Source: a virus
Virus record (IMG/VR): IMGVR_UViG_3300021197_001752
Location: 1-64,000 of that record
Length of the DNA: 64,000 bases
Reading direction: 5' to 3' (one strand)
Shown here: positions 15,273 through 25,400 of the stretch, piece by piece
Layout: each line of letters starts with the position of its first letter
Position numbering within the stretch: position 1 is the stretch's first letter
Translations under genes and position numbers: made by a program
Notes under the pieces: model-generated
Databases searched by the model: none
Told to the model about the DNA's origin: nothing
Seen by the model: only the letters and a program-made list of their open reading frames with translations

Positions 15273-17678
15273 TCATGACTCTTCCTGCATTTTCTTCTCA
15301 AAGGTACAGTTTAGGTCAAACTGCCTACCTGTATCTAGTGATGTTATTCTGATTTTGTAGTGTTTGCCGAATGTTGTATCGTCAAGTTGCTGACCAACGG
15401 CTAAGTTGCCCTGACCATCTGGCAGGGGCTCGGACACCAAATAAGATGGTCTAACTTGTAAAAATCTAGTCATTGTTCTGGAGTCTTGCTTATTTGGCTC
15501 GATGCGACTTGGTGTGTACTCTTTGATCAATGGGTATGTAATACCTTCAGTTTCTATAATTTCTACCTGCATAATGGCGGTTGGGTTGGAAAAATTACCA
15601 CTTAAATCAACAGATCTAAACGTATAATAATATTTTATGTTCGGAGTTAGGGTGTCAGTAAAAGCCAAGCCTTCATCGGCAGTTACATTTCTATACAGGT
15701 TATCAGAGAAGTTTGCATATGCGGATTTCTTTATGTTTGTTATGCTACCTTCTTCTGGGTCTATGCTATACCCAGGTTCCTCTGTCGTTCTAAATACCTG
15801 CACAACCGTTGTATCTTCACCTTCAGATTTAAATTCAACATGACCTTCAGGTAAGTCAAAGTTTTCTATTAGTTGGTGTTCACGAAGGACTTCAAATCTA
15901 TCCGCATCATTTGATAAGATAGGAATGTATGGAATAGTTCTTTGTCCTGTGAGTTCATCTGTTTGGCGTTCCAGTTTAATTAAGAGCTTGTTTTTTACAC
16001 CCTTATATGGTATAAAGGTAAAATTAGGTGGGACAGGTGGTCTATCAATTATTCTTATCTCTGGAAAAGATATGCCATTTGGTATTACAGTACGCCCCCT
16101 TACTAATATTTCTTCGCCTACAAAGTTTTTCTTAGAAGCGACTGGGACCTTGACCAGAACTAACTCTTTAGCTTGTGTTGTAGTTTTTAATATAAATTGT
16201 GAGGTATTAAAATTAGACTCAAATTCTAAGGTGCCTTGTTCGGAGGTTGTCAATATGTGTGCATACACATCATATTCGTAGTTTATTTCATTTTTTACCT
16301 GCGTGTCAACATATTTAAGAACTCCCAAATCATCACTGTTAGGGAATATGTGAGTAGATAAGACTGCCGCTCGATTAGCGTAGCGTTTTTCTACAGAGTA
16401 AGCTATAATTTCTTGTCCTGTGTCTTCAGCTAGATTATTGGGTAAGCTAATTTTTGCTGGATGTATTGACGTCCTATTGTTTAACCTATCGATCAAGCCT
16501 GGTGCGGTTGCTCGATTGATAATAGTATCAATCCTATCTGTTATAGCTTTCATATATACTCGATCGAGCAAACTAAGACAACTACCAGTATCCTGACCTG
16601 GGTTTCTTTCGTTCCCTCTGAGAGTTAGGAACTCTGCATTTCCTGCTTGTTCATTTTGACCTGCTCTTGCCTGGCTGACCATTTGTTCAATTGCAGGTCC
16701 GATTCTCAGCACCTCCACCTGTCCAGTAAATGATGCTGGCTGGCTCTCAATAGTCTCTTCATCAAGTCTAACTATAGTACTAGTAGATCCTTTAATAGGA
16801 TAGGTTGCTGGCCCAACTCCTGTTTGTATACCAATTATTGTATCGAATAAGGTTGTACTTAGTTTGGCTTGTTCTACCGCCTTCATGAATGGTCCTGTTG
16901 GGGCTGTTGGGAATGTTATATCCACATACATTGGGTACAGATTCTTCTTATCATGTAAGTTTAATATTTGTTTGATCTCTGTTTGTGGGAAAACAGTAAT
17001 ATTTGTTGAATTGGGATCAAAGTCTTGGTTTTCACGTAGAAGAGTTCCGAAGTCATTCCAGTCATCAGGAGTCTGAGGGAGTAAATCATTGCAACGACTT
17101 CTTGCACTAGCCAGCGACCTAGGGGAGCCAACATAAAAATCATTATCACGTTCGCTTAGTATTCTACAGATTTCAGTTTCATATAGGCTAGGAAGGATTC
17201 TCTCATCAAGCATAGGCAAGTTTTCTTCGTATGACCCAGCATAGTAATTATATGTTGGCGTTATCTCCACTATTTGACCTGAAGCATCAACTGTTTTTAG
17301 ATAATCATTAGTTTCTTTAGTGTCCCGAACCCAAGGCAACTGATCTATGTCAATAGCTATCGTGTTATATTCAGTTGGTTCAGTTATTTCAGTATAAAAA
17401 TCAGCAAGTGCCTCTTCAAATTTTCTTAGTTCCCGATCTCCAAAACGACGGTAGTCGTCATCATCAACACCAATCCTTATTGCATCTAGATCAATATTTA
17501 CTTTATTTTCAGTGGCATAAGTGTTTTGATCGACTTGTATTCGCCTTTTATTAAATACTACCTGCCCCCTACCGACTCGGCGTAAATCATCCAAGCCACG
17601 AGTTAGAGCAAAATCATCGAATGATTCAAGAGGTATTCCTTGTGTCGTTCCGAAAAATGTCAAGTTTCTTATACTCAT
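15273..17678 (-). CDS. 801-aa putative structural protein with Fn3-like segments
   Basis: YVDTQVK...YEYDV and FTDTL.PN.KYYYTFRSVD.SGN.S.P patterns. Confidence 0.5.
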   Translation of the reverse strand: MSIRNLTFFGTTQGIPLESFDDFALTRGLDDLRRVGRGQVVFNKRRIQVDQNTYATENKVNIDLDAIRIGVDDDDYRRFGDRELRKFEEALADFYTEITEPTEYNTIAIDIDQLPWVRDTKETNDYLKTVDASGQIVEITPTYNYYAGSYEENLPMLDERILPSLYETEICRILSERDNDFYVGSPRSLASARSRCNDLLPQTPDDWNDFGTLLRENQDFDPNSTNITVFPQTEIKQILNLHDKKNLYPMYVDITFPTAPTGPFMKAVEQAKLSTTLFDTIIGIQTGVGPATYPIKGSTSTIVRLDEETIESQPASFTGQVEVLRIGPAIEQMVSQARAGQNEQAGNAEFLTLRGNERNPGQDTGSCLSLLDRVYMKAITDRIDTIINRATAPGLIDRLNNRTSIHPAKISLPNNLAEDTGQEIIAYSVEKRYANRAAVLSTHIFPNSDDLGVLKYVDTQVKNEINYEYDVYAHILTTSEQGTLEFESNFNTSQFILKTTTQAKELVLVKVPVASKKNFVGEEILVRGRTVIPNGISFPEIRIIDRPPVPPNFTFIPYKGVKNKLLIKLERQTDELTGQRTIPYIPILSNDADRFEVLREHQLIENFDLPEGHVEFKSEGEDTTVVQVFRTTEEPGYSIDPEEGSITNIKKSAYANFSDNLYRNVTADEGLAFTDTLTPNIKYYYTFRSVDLSGNFSNPTAIMQVEIIETEGITYPLIKEYTPSRIEPNKQDSRTMTRFLQVRPSYLVSEPLPDGQGNLAVGQQLDDTTFGKHYKIRITSLDTGRQFDLNCTFEKKMQEES

Positions 17679-20600
17679 CAGTATCCTCCTCCTCCGCCGC
17701 CGCCGAAGTTGCCGCCTTGCTGACGACCCATGTTTCTCATAGGTGTATTAACACGCACTTTTGTTCTCTGGAAATTCCTAGCCTGGGTTTGACCCATTCG
17801 AGACTGTTGCATATTGCGTTGTGTCTGCTGGTTGCGTTGTGTCTGCTGGTTGCGTTGTGTCTTCCTGTTAGTCTGTTGCGACTGACCACGTTGTGAAAAT
17901 TGTCGTGTCTCTTGTACCTGTTTCCCTTTAGGAGCCTGCTGTACAATGTCTAATAAATCTTCAAATCTTGTTTTTGGAGCCGCTTGCTTTTGCGCTGGTG
18001 GTCTGACAATTTCTTCTTGTAGCTCTTGTTTTGGGGTGAGCATATCCATAAAACCTTTAGGGGCCTGATCTTGAGATACAGGTGGTGGTGAGATAATTTC
18101 CTGCACATTCAGCTTTGGTATTACGTTGTTACCAAATCTCTCTAACATTCTAGCTATCTGACCCCTGTCCCCTATATCAGACCCCATATCAGAAAGTCCT
18201 GGAGATAAGTCGAAGCGTTCAAGCTGCTGCTGGTTTATGATTGGTTCAATTTGCTGAGATGGTGCTTCTTCTATCTGTATGCTATTCTCTGTAACTACAA
18301 TATCTGCCTCAGCGTCGGTACGGGTCAAAATAAAATACTGGTTATATGTTGGTAGATCAAGACCGCTTGGAGAACTAATCCCCAACATATCGCCTAAGCG
18401 CCCTAACGAAGGTAAAGCCGAAGTGAACCTACACAGCATGACAGACCTAATCGGTAGGCTATTAATGTCTTGAATTGATATCTCTCGCCAAGCAGCAGAT
18501 GAAACACTTATCTGCTCGCCAGCGGTAAGAGCAAAGCCACTCAATATTTCCACTCTCATGAGTTGTTTGTAATTGAGCCAATAGGATGCATACTTAGAAT
18601 AGTCTCGCATCGGATCTGTCAGATCTGTTTGTTGGTTGTTGGTACCTATAAGTTGCCTTATTTCTTCAAAATCATAGTTATAATTTGGATATTCATCTTC
18701 ATCACTGTTGTACTTAGATAGAACTATATTCACCATTGCCTTAAGTTGATTTGGGAATCTAGTTATATCTTCGAGCATCTTATCTGGTGCCTTTAGTACA
18801 ACCTTAGTAAAAGAATTTGCCTTGTCGTTTTGTTGGGTGCCAGCGTTATTGGTAGATAAAGCCATAGGTCCTAGGAGGTTAACTAAAGCCTTATCGACGT
18901 CCCTATCATTTGTTTGTACCTCTCTTGTCTCCTGCTGCTCGCCTCTTCTTGCTCTGAGGTTTCCTTCTCTGTCCAAGAGATCTTGTTGGTTATTCTCTAC
19001 CTCATCTGAATTGGAATTTCCTAAACCTATCTGTGAAAAAGATGACCTATTATTTACTTGGTCCCTAGTTCTGTTCCTGTCTGTATCGTACTCTATTGTA
19101 ACGCCCCTAGACTGTAACTCTTGCATAAAAATATCTGCCGTGTCAAGACTTATGTCAGGACCCAGCGAGTTTTTATTAACAGCTACTAGATCATCCTTCT
19201 GTCTTCTATACGATATTATACCAGCAGTAAAATCAGCATAACTCTTATAATCACCTACATTATCTTTAACTTGAACTATCGATTGTCCAAGTGGGTTTAA
19301 GATAACAGACGGAGTAAAGTATTTAATTTTTGCTGCATTTATACCTTGCACTCGCTCTGGGTTCGTGAAGTATTTTTCTGTTTCTATATCACAGCGATCA
19401 AGATAATCTGTAAGAGTGACTACTTCTAATCCTGGGTTAGTAGTAGCTACTGGCTCATATCTAAGGTAGTCATATCCAGAACCTTGATCCGCAGATAAAG
19501 TATTATTAAACTTATAATCTATTGAGCTAATCGATCTAGATGTGCTCCCAGCGCCACCGCCGCCAGAAGTGGCGTAGCTAGCTGATTCTGGGTTATCGTC
19601 GCCAGGGTAAACTTCGATACCAGGCACAGTTTTTCTTAGTTCAATTTCTAATTCAGAACCATAGAATTCAAATATATCAACAATGCGACCAATGCTCTCT
19701 GCTCGTTCGTACACCGTCTGATCGGCTGTCCCTGCCATTTTATCTATATAATCACTGATTGATCCTGCCCCACTTATTATTTCAACGCTCGCTAATGCGT
19801 CCATCATAGGTACCCACCTGTCGATGATTGTATCCAATCTATCCGTGGTAGATGAGTGTAGGGTGCGGCGGTCGGCTGGGTCGCTTGATGGTTGGTTAAC
19901 TAAGTCATTAATTATGTTTTTGATATTTTGGGCCTGCTCTAATAGACCGTTTGTCATTTTCAGAACCATGTCAACAGTTGGGTCTACATAGTCTATTTCT
20001 ACGCCATATTGGAAGGTATTTCCTATGGTGTTTCTAGCATTTTGGTTATTATAATCTGTGCATGTCAAGAACATCAGTCCTCTAGTTGCACCATTGCCTT
20101 GTGTTGTAGAGCCGAAATATAGATCCTCGGAAAAATTATTTATAAGCATTTCATTATCTAAACCAATAGAGATATACTCTTTCTCTTGGTCACGACCTGA
20201 TAGCAAGCTGATCCTGCTAGTTGTTGATAAAGAATTGTCATTTACTAGAATGTTTGGATTTATTTGTTGTTTATATAATCTTATCCTTGATACTCCGCTG
20301 CCTAAGCCTAGTGCTAACAAGGAGAAGGTTTCGTTCTCATACAATTTAGGGAATGTACTGGATTGTTTCAAGAACAACCTCTCATTGAAAACGAATGATA
20401 GGTCTATCGCATCATCACGTCTCCTAGAAGCCCACAATTCAGAAAACACCGTAGAGTTGCGTGCAAGAGCTTTATGAACGCCCTCGTCAACATCAACCGT
20501 CATCGATCTTATCTCATCTTCAAAATCAGATAGATTTACACCATTGCTTGTCCCTCCGTTGGTATAACCTGATTTGGTATCTAGGGTCCTGTTGGATAGT

Positions 20601-21607
20601 GCAAATACTCCTCGTAGATCTTGAAATATATTAGATTGAGGTGATAAGTTAGTAGTATCTGGTGATAAAGCATCTTCCGCAGTTTCGGACAGCGGGGTAA
20701 TGAATACATTGGATTGTACAATTGCTGTCGTTACGTTAGTAAATGTAAAATCTAATCTCTCACCTTGAGCAACTTCGTCAAAAACTTGGCGGAGTGCTTC
20801 AGTGTCTATATAAGCAAATGACAAGACTGTCAAGTGATCTGCGTTCAGGGGCACACTAACATATTGAAGCCTAGGCATGTTAGCAACTCTAACCTCTGCA
20901 CCGTTATCATCTATTGTTTTTTCCATTTGTGCTACAAGCTGAGTGTCTTCTAGGAGGGAAGCCATTGACTGTTCTATCACGTATAAATTATTATTAGTTG
21001 ATGCGCCAAAGGTTAAGACTTGGCGGCGACCGTTCTCGTTTAAAGTAAACCTTTCATTTGCACCATATAGACCACTGCCATCAGGATCTGCGCCGAAAAA
21101 TGGGCTTGAGGTTAGTACTCTGATACATGCTGCTAATCGTCTTACAGCGGCTACAAAATCTCTATGGCTTTCACCTGGGTGGAAATGACCATTGTCCATT
21201 CGATGAGTACCCAGAAGACCTAGTAGCTCTGCTGCTTGTGTTGCTTCTTCTATAGAAAAGTTATGATTACCATTAACTAAATCTGAGAGGATTGATAAAT
21301 CACCATCTAAGCCATCTCTCTGTTCTGTAACGGCTCTTATAACGTTCATTATTTGCTTAGTGAGATTAGAGTCGGTTGAAACTAGAGTTCTGATGCTTGT
21401 GTATTGTTGACCTTCTTGATCATCAAACCAAGTATCCTGCGCCTCGTTCTCTACGGTTTCGATAAAACTATTATCTACTGCCAGGTACCCAAAGTTACTA
21501 TCCGCCTGGGCGAGGTCGAGTGAAGGCTCAAAGGTTACCTTTCTAATGCTTATATTTGGTGTTAGACCATCAAATGCGACACAACTGTCAAAACGAAATT
21601 GCGACAT
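17678..21607 (-). CDS. 1309-aa hypothetical (probably virion) protein with Q/R/G-rich tail
   Basis: Long ORF inside the structural module; no family recognised. Confidence 0.55.
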   Translation of the reverse strand: MSQFRFDSCVAFDGLTPNISIRKVTFEPSLDLAQADSNFGYLAVDNSFIETVENEAQDTWFDDQEGQQYTSIRTLVSTDSNLTKQIMNVIRAVTEQRDGLDGDLSILSDLVNGNHNFSIEEATQAAELLGLLGTHRMDNGHFHPGESHRDFVAAVRRLAACIRVLTSSPFFGADPDGSGLYGANERFTLNENGRRQVLTFGASTNNNLYVIEQSMASLLEDTQLVAQMEKTIDDNGAEVRVANMPRLQYVSVPLNADHLTVLSFAYIDTEALRQVFDEVAQGERLDFTFTNVTTAIVQSNVFITPLSETAEDALSPDTTNLSPQSNIFQDLRGVFALSNRTLDTKSGYTNGGTSNGVNLSDFEDEIRSMTVDVDEGVHKALARNSTVFSELWASRRRDDAIDLSFVFNERLFLKQSSTFPKLYENETFSLLALGLGSGVSRIRLYKQQINPNILVNDNSLSTTSRISLLSGRDQEKEYISIGLDNEMLINNFSEDLYFGSTTQGNGATRGLMFLTCTDYNNQNARNTIGNTFQYGVEIDYVDPTVDMVLKMTNGLLEQAQNIKNIINDLVNQPSSDPADRRTLHSSTTDRLDTIIDRWVPMMDALASVEIISGAGSISDYIDKMAGTADQTVYERAESIGRIVDIFEFYGSELEIELRKTVPGIEVYPGDDNPESASYATSGGGGAGSTSRSISSIDYKFNNTLSADQGSGYDYLRYEPVATTNPGLEVVTLTDYLDRCDIETEKYFTNPERVQGINAAKIKYFTPSVILNPLGQSIVQVKDNVGDYKSYADFTAGIISYRRQKDDLVAVNKNSLGPDISLDTADIFMQELQSRGVTIEYDTDRNRTRDQVNNRSSFSQIGLGNSNSDEVENNQQDLLDREGNLRARRGEQQETREVQTNDRDVDKALVNLLGPMALSTNNAGTQQNDKANSFTKVVLKAPDKMLEDITRFPNQLKAMVNIVLSKYNSDEDEYPNYNYDFEEIRQLIGTNNQQTDLTDPMRDYSKYASYWLNYKQLMRVEILSGFALTAGEQISVSSAAWREISIQDINSLPIRSVMLCRFTSALPSLGRLGDMLGISSPSGLDLPTYNQYFILTRTDAEADIVVTENSIQIEEAPSQQIEPIINQQQLERFDLSPGLSDMGSDIGDRGQIARMLERFGNNVIPKLNVQEIISPPPVSQDQAPKGFMDMLTPKQELQEEIVRPPAQKQAAPKTRFEDLLDIVQQAPKGKQVQETRQFSQRGQSQQTNRKTQRNQQTQRNQQTQRNMQQSRMGQTQARNFQRTKVRVNTPMRNMGRQQGGNFGGGGGGGY
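17814..17862. repeat. 18-bp tandem repeat (about 2.7 copies) encoding TQRNQQ
   Basis: TTGCGTTGTGTCTGCTGG twice plus a partial copy. Confidence 0.9.
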
Positions 21608-22419
21608 TAGCAGACCTCCCCAGTTCCATCATCATCGGTATATACATCCACACTATCAACTTCCTGATCAGCATCATCGATTTCACGATCGACTCTAATG
21701 TCTAAATAGTATTCCACAAAAGTCTTGTTAAGATCTGGATATCTCTCCAATAGCTCTTCCTCAGATGCTTTGATAAAATCATCTTCGGCTCTTGCGCTCA
21801 TCTCTGGTATAAAGTATAGTTGTTTTTCTATAGCTCCAGAAACAACCTCAAATATTTCAACTGAAAAGTTACCCTTTGGTTTAAATACGCTGTTTACTTC
21901 TTCTACGTTTAATACTACAGGTTTTTCTTCTTCGACGATCAAGCCATATGACTGACTAGAATATGTGATTGATCCTGTAAATTCCATTTGTGGGATTCGC
22001 TGTCCTCTATTGTAGGTCTCAATATACTGATGCGATCCTGTTGGGCTAACAGCACTATTTCTAGCTTTTCTAACTTTCCAAGCGGGCTTGAAATCTTTTG
22101 TTGAATCTATTGTACCAATAGGTTTACTTAGCCCGTGGTTGGTATCGATTACCCCCATTGACTCTTTAGAATATGGAGTAGGGAATTCTATAGAAGAGGA
22201 AAAATCATAAACCACCTTTAGGTACGGCGTTTGTTTAATTCTGCCTACAATATCGTTTTGTAGTTCGGTGACGCCGCCATGCGAGCCATCGTATAAGACG
22301 TCATCGTCGTAAAAGCTATAAAATTCAGGCTTTAGTTTACCCTTGGATAGTAGATACTTACCATATTGAGTCAACTCTATTGCTATCACTTCCTCTTTTT
22401 TGTTGAAATAAGTGGTCAT
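21607..22419 (-). CDS. Virion structural protein, N-terminus related to 14238-15209
   Basis: IELTQYGKYLLSKG....YSFYDDDVLY. Confidence 0.55.
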   Translation of the reverse strand: MTTYFNKKEEVIAIELTQYGKYLLSKGKLKPEFYSFYDDDVLYDGSHGGVTELQNDIVGRIKQTPYLKVVYDFSSSIEFPTPYSKESMGVIDTNHGLSKPIGTIDSTKDFKPAWKVRKARNSAVSPTGSHQYIETYNRGQRIPQMEFTGSITYSSQSYGLIVEEEKPVVLNVEEVNSVFKPKGNFSVEIFEVVSGAIEKQLYFIPEMSARAEDDFIKASEEELLERYPDLNKTFVEYYLDIRVDREIDDADQEVDSVDVYTDDDGTGEVC

Positions 22420-22443
22420 ATTATAAATACTCTTTTGTCAAAA

Positions 22444-25400
22444 CTATTTGAGTGTTTTCTTTGGATTACTGTTAGATTTATTAGGTAAGACCTTTTTCTT
22501 GGCAGCAGTCTTAGGTCGTTGATCTTTTGTTTTAGCCTTAGGTGGAAGCTCTTTAGGTGGGTTCTTCCTTGGTGCTTTACCTTTTGGTGGGTTAGCTTTT
22601 GGTGGGTTATCTTTTGGTGCTTTTTTTGGACGACCACGTTTTGGTGGTGGTACTTGTGCCTCTTCTCTTTTAGACCCTTCCAGGCTCTTGACATCCTCAG
22701 TATTCTCTTTTTCTTCTACCGTTATCGTATCAATATCTGGTCTAAAAGTAACTGTGGTGTTGATCTTTGCCAATTCAATCATAGAGAAGAAATCGTATGG
22801 CCAGTTGAAACCCTTGGTCCTATTTTCATAAGCGGCTTGTCCTGTAGCACCTGGGACTCTGGCACCAGCTTCTGTAAGACTCTTTTTGATAAGTTCTTCG
22901 TAACTTGACGGTGCTCGTTGTTTGACTTTGAACACCATCCATCTGATATCTGGTCTGAATCCTGGGTCGTCTTTGGAACCGCCTCGTACTAATCTCGATG
23001 TATCTAGAAGATCACGAAGTCTTTCATCTACCTTACCACCACCAGCGCCTGGCTTGGCTCCAAAATCTTGTAGCCCTATACCAGGCATCGCATGATCAAT
23101 CGTAGATATATTCATGGTTGTATTACTAAATTTTGTACTTGGTTCTGGCATTATGCCCTGCCACCAATCTGCCAAATCTTGTTTATTAAGCTCAGTGGTG
23201 AACTCAAATAAATACATTGCTAGTGGTGGATTATCGTTGTCGTAAATTGCACTCTCTGGACGCTTGGACAGGTCCTCTCCATCTGAAGACTGCGGGTAAG
23301 ACTCTGGTACCAAATAAGACATTCTTTGTTCAATAACTGGTGGTAATACGTATTTGGTTAACGATTTTCTAAGTCTGGCAGTCTGCTTACCAAACTCATC
23401 AACCACTTGATTTGATTCATTTTTTAGCGGGATTGGTATAAACTGTATGTTAGCCTCGGTGTCTTCATAATAAGGTAGTGCAATGATTGCCTCATGGACT
23501 GACTTCTTATTTGCTAATCTGCCCAGATCAACTGGCTTATTGACTACTTCTGATGGGAAACCTACCAATTTAGCCAATGATCTTACCTTTCTCTGCCTAT
23601 CCCCAAACGCTGTTATATCCATCAACGAATTTGGTATTTTAGGTAGCATTCTCTCTTCTGCTGCGCCAATAACATTTGGCTGTCCCTGTGTACCAGGATA
23701 AATTATCTGAGCTTTCATTCTCTTCTCTTTATCTCCTGATGAGATATCTCTAAGCACCATCTGCACGCCTTCTCCTGCATCTGGCACTACCCCGTATTGG
23801 TGCCACATTCCTTGTTGTGGTACAACTTCTCTACCATTAGCTGGTGATGTGAACGGCAATAACCCACGGTCGCCAAGACCGACCTTAGCGAATGAAGCCG
23901 TAAAGTTATAAGACCCGCTAGTAGAAGCCCATGGCTCTGCTCTGACTGGGAAATCTAATATGGGGCATTCCCACTTAGGCATGATAACCCAGGCATTATT
24001 TGGTTGAACGTTACCTGGGTGTCTATTGTTAACCGTGAGAGACGCTTTAATTTCCATCTTGTTCTGCCATGCTCGGTTCCACATATATGGTGGAATACCT
24101 AAACCGCCTAAGCCTTCTGTTACAATATTCATCGGCAGATTAAGATTAGCTGACCCAAATGATGCACTGACATCCGTCTTGTTTAGGTCATTATATCGAA
24201 AGTCAAACAGATAATCATTTACATTGCCATACTCATATTGCGCCTCTTCGAGGATCTCATTTATTGACACCATGCCCGAAGCTGTAGGGGAGTAATATAT
24301 TCTTGCAAATGATTCACCGTACCAATAAGGAGGTGTGTAAGGAGCATGATTTCCGTGTAGTAAAGGCCAGCCACTGCCTGAGGGCATACTGCCAGTCAAA
24401 GAAGCATTCAATAAGTTCTTGGCTGTAGTTTGGTATCCATACCTAACCATTCCCCAATCACCTGTTACAACCTGTGCCATGTCATCATCAAACGTATGAG
24501 TAGCCTGACCTTGTGTAGCCAGGATTTCAGCGGCGCTGTTGAAGGCAGAACCAGTTGCTGTTGGTGGTCCATAGGCTATTGGATTAGAGTACAAGTTGAA
24601 CTGATCTGTTTTTCTAAGAGCAACTTCCATGGCATACAATGTACCACTCTGGACCGAAATAGCCTCTGGGTTGACTAAATTAGGATCTGTGGCAATTGTA
24701 GTAAGCCTACTATTCTCTAGGAAGACCTCTGGAACTGCGCCGAAGAAGTTGCCAGCGCCCTTGACATATTTATTGTTTTCAAAGTAATTGAAAGAAGATG
24801 TTGTGTCATTTCTAAACCAGTCATATGTTTGGTTACTATTAAACTTATTTTGCAGCAAATAATCCGTAGGATTGACTATAGTCTCAAACGGTATGCGGTC
24901 TGGGAAGTAAATTTGATGGGCTAACAATTCTTCACTACCTGTTGGTTGCACTTCCTCTGCGGTACCAAGTCGTCTGGGTAGAATTATATCTTTATAAAAT
25001 TTACTTACCTCTCGACGAGTTCCGCCGCCTGAAGTCAAAGGTCCGATTGTATGATCTGACTGCCTAAGTCCTGCTGCTCTTTTAGTATCGCTTACAATTT
25101 CTGCATATGTTTGGGCGTCTGTGGAGCCTGATAGTACTTCACCTATAGTCCCCTTCTCTCTAGGTATCCTATCTTCTTTGACTGTAAACACAGGGTGATC
25201 AACTGCAATGCCAGACTTGATGGAGTTATACATAATACCTGGAGCATAGAAATAATCCAATATGTTTTGCCATCCTGAACCTGATATTTCTGCTTGATTT
25301 GCGCTGCCCAAGCCGCCTGCTACAGGAAACAAGCCTGGTGCATAAGACTGCGAGAACAATGTAGCTATTTGCAAAGATCTTATAACAGGATAAAACCCGT

